64,000 nt of DNA from the NCBI GenBank assembly GCA_963833095.1, contig CAWHWQ010000001.1:64001-128000 (forward strand). The letters run 5' to 3'. Shown in pieces: positions 22,951 through 31,325 of the stretch (its first letter is position 1; every line of letters begins with the position of its first letter). The position numbers and the translations under genes are program-made. The notes below the pieces were generated by a model. The model did not search any database and was not told the DNA's origin. It worked only from the letters and a program-made list of their open reading frames with translations. This DNA comes from Vulcanimicrobiota bacterium. Lineage in GTDB: Bacteria > Vulcanimicrobiota > Vulcanimicrobiia > Vulcanimicrobiales > Vulcanimicrobiaceae.

Positions 22951-25900
22951 GCGAACCCGCAGACTAAGCTGCGCGGTACGTGCCATGGGGTAACTCATCG
23001 GCACGTACCCGCCGCGCCCGTAGCTCCACGGCAGCGCCGGCGTGATCCCGTTATTGGTCGGCACCCCGTTGCCCACGTAGCCAGGTGGTCCGATCAAATA
23101 CGGATTGCCCTGGAGCTGCGTCGGCGTCGTCACGTTGAGGACGTTGGACCAATCGAAGGCAATGGTCAGCCGGGAGGTTGCGTCGTCCTCGACGTGGAGC
23201 GAGAGCAGCAATTGGGGCGGTGTGCGCAACGTGTTGGGGTCGCTTCCTTCGGCCGTTCCAAGCGAGCCGACGTACGGATTGCTCTGCGCATTGTATGGTT
23301 GCGCCGGATTTTCCAGGAAGTAATAGTTGTAGCCTGGGTTGTAGTAGTTGTCATTGGGAATTTGCTCGGGTTTATCCGTGACGGGATTGAAGATCCAGAT
23401 CATCGTTCCATTGCCGTACGGATATCCCGATTCGTACGAGAGTGACGGCGTGATGCGTAGGCGCCGGTTATTCAAATCGAGCTCGTAGGACAGCATGGCC
23501 GTCAGATCAGGCACGTAGCCGGCGGGGAAAAGATGCCCGGCCGCAACCGCAGCCGCGTTGAGATCGTTGAATGCGAATTGCGACGCACTTGAGGAATAGG
23601 CACGAACGGTGTTCGCGGTGAGTTCGAAACCGCCACGCTTGACGTACAATTCGAATCCGTGCGCCCGCAAGTCGCCCGCATTGGTCGGGACGCCAACGCC
23701 GTTTGGGCTTTCGCCTGACGCGATTGCAGAGCGAAAATTGTAGGGCAGGACGTCGATGCGATTGGTCTCGTCGCTCGCGTAGTAGGTCACGCGTACTTGA
23801 GTCCGGCCGCCGCTCTCGAACGAGTACGTCTGGTTGCGGCCGACCTCGGGCGCAAGCGGTGCGAACGGCGCGGGCGAACCTGATGGGCTCACGTTGGTCG
23901 AATCGACGCGATCGGTTTCGAGCGGGGCCGGCGCGACCGTGTTGTGATCGTAGGTGACGCGTACCGAATATTGGTTGCCGATGCGGTAGGATGCCGCAAC
24001 GTGCGGATCGAGGGCCGCCTCGTTATAAGCGGACCCGCTACTGGGAACGACGTGCGTGCCCGTCAGGCGCAGCGCGCCGGTCAGATCGAAGCGACGCGAG
24101 AGCGACCACGTGTCACCCGTGTAGACGAGATAGGATTGCAGCGTTGGGTTTGAGGTGATGTATTCATCCGCCGTTGGTACCACCTGATCGAGAAACGAGG
24201 TGTTGACCCGGTAGTCGGCGCCGTACTTAATGTCGTGCCGATCGCTTGCTGCATCATCGACGTCGTACGACAGACCGGTTTCGCGAGCGCCCTGCTGCGC
24301 CGACAGCGAGATGACTCCGTCAGGATAGGAGAGATCGTCCCAAAACGGGCCGCCCGCCGACGACCCGTACTGCGAACGATAGACCTGAATGCGCGAGAGC
24401 GCGTGCGCGCTCGTGTGCGCCCACGCGATCTTGGCTAACGCAAAACTCCCGCGGAGCCCCGAAGCATAGGTGACCGGCGTGTTTGGATTCACCTCCCCCG
24501 GAAACGTCGTGGAGGTACCGTCGAAGGCACCGACGGTTTCGCCCGGATAGGGCGTACCGTACTGATTGTAAGCGGCCTGTCCAGTGAGCATCACGAGCGA
24601 AAGATCGTCGCGCGCATCCAAGGCGAAATGAACGTTTCCCGCGAGCGTCGCCGTGCCGCGTGACTGCAATGCGAGTCCGTACGTGCCGGCTTCCGATGGG
24701 TAAAACGTGTAGCCGTCGCCGTAGGTGAAGTACTCGCTCGAGAGCGTCGTTGCGAACGCGTAGCGCCAACGCAAGTCCGGCGTCGCCCACAACGCTTCCA
24801 GCGAGAGGCCCTGAAGCTGCGTGCCGAAGCCGCTGCTAAGCGTCGCAATCGTGCGACCGGGATAGATGCCGGTTGCCGGGATCTCGTCGATGATTCCGCC
24901 CAGTGCGTTCTCGCCTTGCGCCTCGTAACCGGCCAGCGTCACCGTCGTCGATCCGATACCGGTCGTTGGGAGCTGCGCACCGGCGATATTGCCGCCGGGC
25001 TCCGCCACGATGCCCTGCGGAACAGGAACGGAGTCGTAGTCGAAGATCGCGTCCGAAATCTTTCCACCGCGCAAGATCGCATTAGCGAACGAATCCTGGT
25101 CCACGCCCGGCACGCCGGCGATCGCACCCTGCACGCTACCGCTTAAATAATTCCCGAGCCCGGACGCCGACGCGACCGGCGCGAGCGCTTGAGCACGTGA
25201 TCCATTCACGGTGAAGGCGTCGCTAGTCGAACCTACCTCAAAACTCGACGAGCGCGCGCGCACGCTCCCGATCGTCTTGAGTACCGGCGCGAGCGCAAAT
25301 TCGAGGTGCGCTCTCCCGCCGGGAAGCACACCGATACCGCTCTCTGATGCATCAGCGTATCCGCTTGCGCGTACCGAGACGAGGTACGTTCCTGCAGCGA
25401 CACCAAGGAGCGTAAACGATCCGCGCGCGTCGGTGCGCACCGCGTACCGTCCCGCATTCGAAACCGCCGACACGCCCGCATTGGCGATGGGCAATCCGCT
25501 TGCCGAACGAACGATTCCAAGGATCGTACCAGTCGTTGATTCCGCTGCGCGCGCAGCGGCGCAAGAGGCGATTGTCGCCACAACTGCGAGCGTGACCAGC
25601 GCCGCCGTGCGCAGCGCCGCTGCAAGCATGCACTCAACGCACAGCGCGATTATGGCGTATGACAGCAGCACCGGCCCCGCGTGCGCCACGAGCACCGAGC
25701 GTGGATCGAACACGCCGACGCCACCGAATCGGACCTCGTAGCCCTCCATGGCGATTACGAGCCCAAGCGAGAGCGTGAGCGCGCACGCATTCCACCAAAA
25801 GCGTTGCGCAACTCCGGAAGGACGTAATCCAACCAACTCGTCGGGGGCAAACCAGCGCACGGCGGCCGCGTACCATGCCAGCATGACGCTCAAGAGCAAG

Positions 25901-26061
25901 GCCACGGCCGCGGCGGGCCGCAACGCCTCCTGGTGAAAATCCGAAGGGCCGATGCCCCATAAGCCATTGTTCGAAAGCCATTCGGTGATCCCGTCACCGA
26001 AGATCGCGGCCCAGAGGGCAACCGCGACCAGCATCCCGAGAATGAGCAGCGTTCGACGCAT
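22942..26061 (-). CDS. TonB-dependent receptor with carboxypeptidase-regulatory domain and an in-frame N-terminal multi-TM extension
   Basis: GTILGIVRS..GLPIANA, GTYLVSV..SGY, amphipathic beta strands, C-terminal RTAQLSLRVRL. Confidence 0.8.
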   Translation of the reverse strand: MRRTLLILGMLVAVALWAAIFGDGITEWLSNNGLWGIGPSDFHQEALRPAAAVALLLSVMLAWYAAAVRWFAPDELVGLRPSGVAQRFWWNACALTLSLGLVIAMEGYEVRFGGVGVFDPRSVLVAHAGPVLLSYAIIALCVECMLAAALRTAALVTLAVVATIASCAAARAAESTTGTILGIVRSASGLPIANAGVSAVSNAGRYAVRTDARGSFTLLGVAAGTYLVSVRASGYADASESGIGVLPGGRAHLEFALAPVLKTIGSVRARSSSFEVGSTSDAFTVNGSRAQALAPVASASGLGNYLSGSVQGAIAGVPGVDQDSFANAILRGGKISDAIFDYDSVPVPQGIVAEPGGNIAGAQLPTTGIGSTTVTLAGYEAQGENALGGIIDEIPATGIYPGRTIATLSSGFGTQLQGLSLEALWATPDLRWRYAFATTLSSEYFTYGDGYTFYPSEAGTYGLALQSRGTATLAGNVHFALDARDDLSLVMLTGQAAYNQYGTPYPGETVGAFDGTSTTFPGEVNPNTPVTYASGLRGSFALAKIAWAHTSAHALSRIQVYRSQYGSSAGGPFWDDLSYPDGVISLSAQQGARETGLSYDVDDAASDRHDIKYGADYRVNTSFLDQVVPTADEYITSNPTLQSYLVYTGDTWSLSRRFDLTGALRLTGTHVVPSSGSAYNEAALDPHVAASYRIGNQYSVRVTYDHNTVAPAPLETDRVDSTNVSPSGSPAPFAPLAPEVGRNQTYSFESGGRTQVRVTYYASDETNRIDVLPYNFRSAIASGESPNGVGVPTNAGDLRAHGFELYVKRGGFELTANTVRAYSSSASQFAFNDLNAAAVAAGHLFPAGYVPDLTAMLSYELDLNNRRLRITPSLSYESGYPYGNGTMIWIFNPVTDKPEQIPNDNYYNPGYNYYFLENPAQPYNAQSNPYVGSLGTAEGSDPNTLRTPPQLLLSLHVEDDATSRLTIAFDWSNVLNVTTPTQLQGNPYLIGPPGYVGNGVPTNNGITPALPWSYGRGGYVPMSYPMARTAQLSLRVRLP

Positions 26062-26077
26062 GGGCTGCTGCTTCGGG

Positions 26078-26470
26078 CTACTGCTTGACGATTGCTGCCG
26101 TCGATGCGCTGGCTTGACCGAATGTAAGTGCCGAAGATCCCGCATGATAGCCGTTCTTGCTCAGGATAAAGGCCAGAATATCGACGTACTGGGTATGCGA
26201 AAGGCTCGCCGGCGCGTTCATCGGCATGTTGGTCGTCATATAAGTAAAGATGTCGCTGACATCCGCCTTGACCTTGGTACTCAGCGTCTTAAAGTTTGGA
26301 CCGCTTAAAGCCGGACCGGCTCCGCCCTCGAGCTGCGTCCCATGACAGAGTGCGCATTTGGCTGCGAAAGCGGAAGCACCAGCGGAGACCTGCGCTGAGG
26401 TGAACGATATCGGAGTCGCGGCAGCAGCAACTAGCACGGCTGCTGCCGTGAAAAGGGAGAGAACCTGCAT
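26078..26470 (-). CDS. Periplasmic monoheme cytochrome c (candidate XoxG-type electron acceptor)
   Basis: Signal peptide, CALCH, GPAL and NMPMNAP motifs. Confidence 0.85.
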   Translation of the reverse strand: MQVLSLFTAAAVLVAAAATPISFTSAQVSAGASAFAAKCALCHGTQLEGGAGPALSGPNFKTLSTKVKADVSDIFTYMTTNMPMNAPASLSHTQYVDILAFILSKNGYHAGSSALTFGQASASTAAIVKQ

Positions 26471-26476
26471 CCGCGA

Positions 26477-26932
26477 TCAGCGTCGAGCGACTTGCGCGTG
26501 GACGTCGTCGAGATCTTCGATCGTATTGAGCGTCACGGCGTCTTTGATCGCCCCACTCTTAATGCCCGACGACGCGCGCATCTTTCCGGCCAGTTCGTCA
26601 GAATGTTTGTAGCCGCGCACCGCATCGTTGTGCTTCTTGATCCTCTCGGGCGAGATCGATCCGCCATTCTGCGCGAGGACCCATTCCTCGAACTCAATGT
26701 ATTTCGGATGATTCCTCTTGATGAACTCCACCGTCTTCTGCCGATCGAGTCCCAGCGCGTCCAGCGTCATTTGGTCGAAACCTTTCCCGCACTCGTCATA
26801 GCTATCCGGAAGCACCCCGGCGGCAGCTAACGTCAGCTTCGTCCAAAGACGCGGCAAGTGGATCGCGCCGAGCGGTCCGGCCGTGTCCGAGCTGATGAGG
26901 GGAACGACATGTTCGAGCGTTACGGTTGGCAT
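26477..26932 (-). CDS. DUF5069-like protein
   Basis: GPLGAIHLPRLW.K...G.LP..Y..CGKGFDQM.L..LG pattern. Confidence 0.7.
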   Translation of the reverse strand: MPTVTLEHVVPLISSDTAGPLGAIHLPRLWTKLTLAAAGVLPDSYDECGKGFDQMTLDALGLDRQKTVEFIKRNHPKYIEFEEWVLAQNGGSISPERIKKHNDAVRGYKHSDELAGKMRASSGIKSGAIKDAVTLNTIEDLDDVHAQVARR

Positions 26933-26941
26933 TGATGTCTC

Positions 26942-27862
26942 CTAAGCGTTAGTTGGTTGTTTGAGAGTGTGCTGTCCGTGGCGATCGAGAAAGGTCAACT
27001 CAGAAACGCCGGACTTGTCGAGCTGCCCAAGTCGTAGGGCTTTCATGCGCTCGAACTGATCGAAGGTTGCTTGGGCCACCGGTAGTGAGAGGTCGTGATC
27101 GCGGGCAAGACCCAGCGCGATCCCCGAATCCTTCGCCGCGTGTTCGGCAGAAAAGTAGACATCGTGTTCGCGATTCTGCATGTCCTCGCCATCGGTCTCG
27201 AGGACGCGCGAGTTTGCTCCAGTTTGCGAAAACACTTCTCGCAGCATCGTCAGATCGAGTCCAAGCGCATCGCCCAGGCCCAAACCCTCAGCAAGGCCCG
27301 CAGTGTTGATGTTCATAACCATGTTGACTAGGGCTTTGACTTGCGCGGCGCGGCCGGCTTGGCCAACATAGCGAAGCGACGCGCTCATCTTGGCAAGCAT
27401 TGGTTCGACGCGATCGAAGATCTCACGACGACCGCCGACCATCAAGTACAACGTGCCGTTGCGCGCTTGCGGAATCGAACTTGCCATGCACGCTTCCAGC
27501 GAGTGCGCACCGCGGGCTTCCGCGCGCCGCTGCACCTCCACGTGAATCGCCGGCGTCACCGTCGCGCAGTTGACGAAGATCTTTCCTTTTGCGCCCTCGA
27601 GCAGACTGTCACCGCGTTCCGCGAAGATGCGTTCCATCGCGGCGTCGTCGGTGACCACCGTGATAATGATGTCCGCATGTGCGGTGACGTCCGCAAGCCT
27701 GGTGTAGGCGGTACCCTTGGTCTGTGCGGCTGCGTCCTGCGCCGCTTCGCTGCGAATATCGTAGTAGGCGACCACTGGGTAGCCGACCTCCGCCAAGCGT
27801 TGACCGATGTTCGCGCCCATGCGACCAGCGCCGACGATCCCGATAGTAGGAAGCTTGCTCAT
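26942..27862 (-). CDS. NAD(P)-dependent beta-hydroxyacid dehydrogenase family protein (3-HIBADH/GarR-like)
   Basis: GIVGAGRMG Rossmann motif, LYLMVGG, catalytic Lys in VKALVN, KDSGIAL. Confidence 0.88.
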   Translation of the reverse strand: MSKLPTIGIVGAGRMGANIGQRLAEVGYPVVAYYDIRSEAAQDAAAQTKGTAYTRLADVTAHADIIITVVTDDAAMERIFAERGDSLLEGAKGKIFVNCATVTPAIHVEVQRRAEARGAHSLEACMASSIPQARNGTLYLMVGGRREIFDRVEPMLAKMSASLRYVGQAGRAAQVKALVNMVMNINTAGLAEGLGLGDALGLDLTMLREVFSQTGANSRVLETDGEDMQNREHDVYFSAEHAAKDSGIALGLARDHDLSLPVAQATFDQFERMKALRLGQLDKSGVSELTFLDRHGQHTLKQPTNA

Positions 27863-28689
27863 CCGTTTCCATTCGGTTTGAAGTAGGTGATGTGATACGC
27901 ATTCAAGATCTGGTCGATCTTCGACTGCTGCTGCACGAGGACGCGATTGAGTTGGATAACGAGCGCGTCATTCCCCGAGCGAGTAGCCATCGCCATCGGA
28001 AACGTGTATTGCTCGGGCGAGCCTTGGCTGCGCGCGTTGGGGATGATCACGGCGGTCAGGTCGGGATGCTGCCCGACGAAGTAGCCGACCGCGGGGTCCC
28101 AGGTCAGGCCTACGTTGATCGTGCCGGCCTGCACGGCGTCGACGATTGCTTGCGGTGATGCATCTTCTTCGTCTGCCGTCATGAATGGCTTGGCACCGAT
28201 CGTGAGGGCCCGAAGTTTGAGACCGATCTCCACCGGCGTATCGACCTCGTAGCCGATCTTGACCTGGTGGAGCTCGGGCGAATCGAGCGACGTGATCCCG
28301 TCAGCGCGCGATCCTTTCTTATAGACGAACACATAGGACGAAATGTAGTACGGGCGCGTGGTTTGGAGATCGGCAATAGTATAGGGTACGTCAACGACCA
28401 GATCGCATCGGCCCTTGTTGACATACAGATGCACCATCTCAGTGAACCCGTCCTCACCTCGGATCGACTTCCATACATAAACCACTGGCCTCCCCAAGCT
28501 CGCGCCGATCAACTGTGCAATGTGATTTTCAAATCCGTTGCCTGCACGATTCGAGTAGGGCATGTAGTCTGGGTCGGCGCAGACGCGCAACGGCACGACC
28601 GCCGGGGCCGGCGGCGCTGCCGCCGCCGTACCCCATAGCAGGAGTGCTCCGATAATCGCGCCGCCGAGTTGCAATCGGCGCATCATCAC
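27859..28689 (-). CDS. xoxJ: XoxJ/MxaJ-like periplasmic binding protein
   Basis: LRVCADPDYMPYSN...GFENHIAQL and TRPYYISSYVFV motifs; translationally coupled to xoxF. Confidence 0.85.
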   Translation of the reverse strand: MMMRRLQLGGAIIGALLLWGTAAAAPPAPAVVPLRVCADPDYMPYSNRAGNGFENHIAQLIGASLGRPVVYVWKSIRGEDGFTEMVHLYVNKGRCDLVVDVPYTIADLQTTRPYYISSYVFVYKKGSRADGITSLDSPELHQVKIGYEVDTPVEIGLKLRALTIGAKPFMTADEEDASPQAIVDAVQAGTINVGLTWDPAVGYFVGQHPDLTAVIIPNARSQGSPEQYTFPMAMATRSGNDALVIQLNRVLVQQQSKIDQILNAYHITYFKPNGNG

Positions 28690-30473
28690 TCGATCGTGAA
28701 GACGACGAGGTCACCGCCGAGCGTCGTGTATTTCGCCAAGTCCGCAGCTGCACCAACGGCACCGAGGCCCGCCGTGGGGTTGGTGAGTCCCGCCGCAAGG
28801 CCGATACCGGCCCAGCCGCCGACGCCCGCAAGAATTGCGACGTACTCTTTTCCGCCGTAGGAATAGACGATCGGTGAACCGATCATGCCCGACGGCATCT
28901 TTTGCTTGAAGAGCAAACCGCCGGTCTTGGTGTCGACGGCCTTGAACCATCCATCCATCGTTCCGTAGAACGCGATCCCATTGGCGGTTGCGACGCCGCT
29001 CCAGGCCGGAAAGTGCTCGTGATCGCTCCACACGATCTTGCCGGCATTGGGATCCCATGCAATCACTGCGCCGCCATAATTACCCGGCCCGCGGTACATC
29101 TTCACAATGGCGCCGACGAACGGGAATCCGGCTTTATATTTGACTGCAAAGGGTTGATAGTCTTCGCACCAGTGGTTGGTTGGGACGATGAAGTACCCAG
29201 TCGACGGATCGAATGCCGCCGGCTGCTGATCCTTGCTTCCGATCGACGCAGGGCAGATGCCCTTGGTGTTGTAGCCCTGCCGCGTCGAGTAGGCCGTGTT
29301 CTGGTTCGGTTTTCCGGCCGCGACGTTATAGTCGTATGCCCAGTTGACCGATGGATCGAACTTGTTGGCAAGGAGCAATTTGCCCGTTTCGCGATTTAGC
29401 TCGAACGCAAAACCGTCGCGATCGAAGTGCACGAGCGCCGGCACGTCTTGGTTCTGGACTTTGATGTCGGCAAGAATCATCTCGTTGACGCCGTCGTAGT
29501 CCCATTCATCGTGCGGCGTCATTTGAAACGCCCACACGGCCTGGCCGGTTCCAGGATGACGGGCGAAGATCGTCATCGACCACTTATTCTCACCCGGCCG
29601 CTGCGACGGATTCCACGTCCCTGGGTTGCCCGTTCCGTAGTAGAAGAGATCGAGCTTGGGATCGTAGGAGTACCAGCCCCAGGTCGTTCCGCCGCCGACT
29701 TTCCATTCGTCGCCGCGCCACGTCGCGGTGCCTTGGTTGCGCGGACCGTGGAAGCCGCTGCCGATGAGAATATCGGAATCCGGCCCCTCGCTGTATGCGC
29801 GCCAAACCTGATGTCCGCTGTGCAAATCGAGGCCCGTAACGTATCCGCGGACGCCGAATTCACCCCCGGAAACACCGACGATGACGCGGTTCTTTTCCGG
29901 GATGACGAGTGGCGCCGAAGTCAGCGTTTGACCCAGTTCGGGATCGGCTTCCTTATATTTCCAATCGACTTTCCCGGTAGCCGCGTCGAGCGCGTAGACG
30001 TTCCCGTCGAGCGCGTCGGCGATGATCATGCCGTTCCCGTAGCCGACGCCACGATTGACCAGGTCGCAGCATGCGACCGACGTTGCAAAGGTGTCTTGCG
30101 TCGGCGTGTATTCCCATTTGATGTGATAATCGTCCAGCGACACCGCGTAGACGTGATTGGGATAGGCGCTTTCAAAATACAGCGTGTCGCCGATCACGAG
30201 GGGCTGCCCTTCATGGCCGCGCGTGGCTCCGGTCGACATCATCCAGGCGACGTGCATATTCTTGGCATTATCGGTCGTGATCTGTGTGAGGTCACTGTGC
30301 CGCAGGTTTGCAAAATCGCCCGCGGGCATCACCCATTGATTCGGATTCTGGCTCATGTCGTTTAGCGAGACCTGCTGTTGAGCTCCCGCCGTCTGACTGT
30401 GAAGAAGGTACGCGCTGAGCAATCCAATAGCAAGCAGCGGCACGAGGACCACTGCAAAAAGACGTGTCTTCAT
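28686..30473 (-). CDS. xoxF: PQQ- and lanthanide-dependent methanol dehydrogenase
   Basis: Signal peptide, GHEGQPLV, vicinal ACCDLVNRG, GGEFGVRG, GTGNPGTWNP, HDEWDYDGVNE (extra Ln-binding Asp), GVGGWAG. Confidence 0.92.
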   Translation of the reverse strand: MKTRLFAVVLVPLLAIGLLSAYLLHSQTAGAQQQVSLNDMSQNPNQWVMPAGDFANLRHSDLTQITTDNAKNMHVAWMMSTGATRGHEGQPLVIGDTLYFESAYPNHVYAVSLDDYHIKWEYTPTQDTFATSVACCDLVNRGVGYGNGMIIADALDGNVYALDAATGKVDWKYKEADPELGQTLTSAPLVIPEKNRVIVGVSGGEFGVRGYVTGLDLHSGHQVWRAYSEGPDSDILIGSGFHGPRNQGTATWRGDEWKVGGGTTWGWYSYDPKLDLFYYGTGNPGTWNPSQRPGENKWSMTIFARHPGTGQAVWAFQMTPHDEWDYDGVNEMILADIKVQNQDVPALVHFDRDGFAFELNRETGKLLLANKFDPSVNWAYDYNVAAGKPNQNTAYSTRQGYNTKGICPASIGSKDQQPAAFDPSTGYFIVPTNHWCEDYQPFAVKYKAGFPFVGAIVKMYRGPGNYGGAVIAWDPNAGKIVWSDHEHFPAWSGVATANGIAFYGTMDGWFKAVDTKTGGLLFKQKMPSGMIGSPIVYSYGGKEYVAILAGVGGWAGIGLAAGLTNPTAGLGAVGAAADLAKYTTLGGDLVVFTIE

Positions 30474-30547
30474 TCGTTTACTCCTGGCACCCGGTGTGCG
30501 TCGCCCTCAAGCGTAGGTTCGCGGGATTGTGCTTGGCAATCGACCGC

Positions 30548-30611
30548 CCTGATGATCATCAAACCTGATGATGCCGTCCAACAGGGACCCGCGCTTACGG
30601 CTGATAATCAG
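30548..30611. promoter_or_regulatory. TGAT-based palindromes and repeats in the xoxF/luxR divergent intergenic region
   Basis: TGATGATCATCA (30550-30561), CCTGATGAT twice (30548, 30564), CTGATAATCAG (30601-30611). Confidence 0.45.
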
Positions 30612-30617
30612 TCCCTT

Positions 30618-31325
30618 ATGGACGTTGACGCGGTGTACCATCGTCCCACCACCATACCCCCGCTTGCGGGTCGGGTCGGCGTCGCAATTGTCGCGAACCG
30701 GCACACGACTGCCGCTGCTCTCGCGGAGCTTTTGAGTGCCGATCCGGAACTTGCGCTACTCGGCATCTCCGACGCCGCGGGTGGAGCAGCGTTGCTTACC
30801 GATCACTCGCTTCGCGTACTTATCGTGAATCTCAGCCTTACCGACGATGACGGTGATTCGGGGACCTCAGAGGGCGTGCGCTTTATCCGCTATGCAAAGC
30901 AGATAAGGCCCGACGTCGGAGTTCTCTCGCTCAAGCGCAAGGTCGACGAACATCAGCTTCGCGCCGCGCTTGATGCAGGTGCCGATGCGTGTTGTCTCGC
31001 GGTCACACCCGGCGCACGGCTGCGCAAGGCGATCAAAGTTGTCGCCGACGGCGCGACCTGGCTCGATCCCGAGGTCGCGCACGCGCTGTTTCACAGCGAG
31101 CCGCGCGACGCGCACGACGCACCGGTTCCGACGCCGCACCTGTCCCCACGCGAGCAACAGATCTTGCGCCTCGTTGTGGAAGGGTATTCAAACGAGGAAA
31201 TCGCGCAACACTTACAGTGCGCGTATCCTACGGTGCGGACGCATCTGGCGCACATGTATCGCAAACTCGAAGTTGACGATCGCGTTTCGGCGGCAGTCTA
31301 CGCGCTGCGCCACGGCCTCACGTGA
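30618..31325 (+). CDS. NarL/LuxR-family atypical response regulator
   Basis: REC-like fold with VLIVNLSL (Asn at the phospho-Asp position); LSPREQQIL...TVRTHLAHMYRKL HTH; start approximate. Confidence 0.85.
   Translation: MDVDAVYHRPTTIPPLAGRVGVAIVANRHTTAAALAELLSADPELALLGISDAAGGAALLTDHSLRVLIVNLSLTDDDGDSGTSEGVRFIRYAKQIRPDVGVLSLKRKVDEHQLRAALDAGADACCLAVTPGARLRKAIKVVADGATWLDPEVAHALFHSEPRDAHDAPVPTPHLSPREQQILRLVVEGYSNEEIAQHLQCAYPTVRTHLAHMYRKLEVDDRVSAAVYALRHGLT

Noticed and set aside
28686..30473. Calcium-dependent MxaF
   Set aside because: The DYD motif is present and there is no mxaI or mxaACKL
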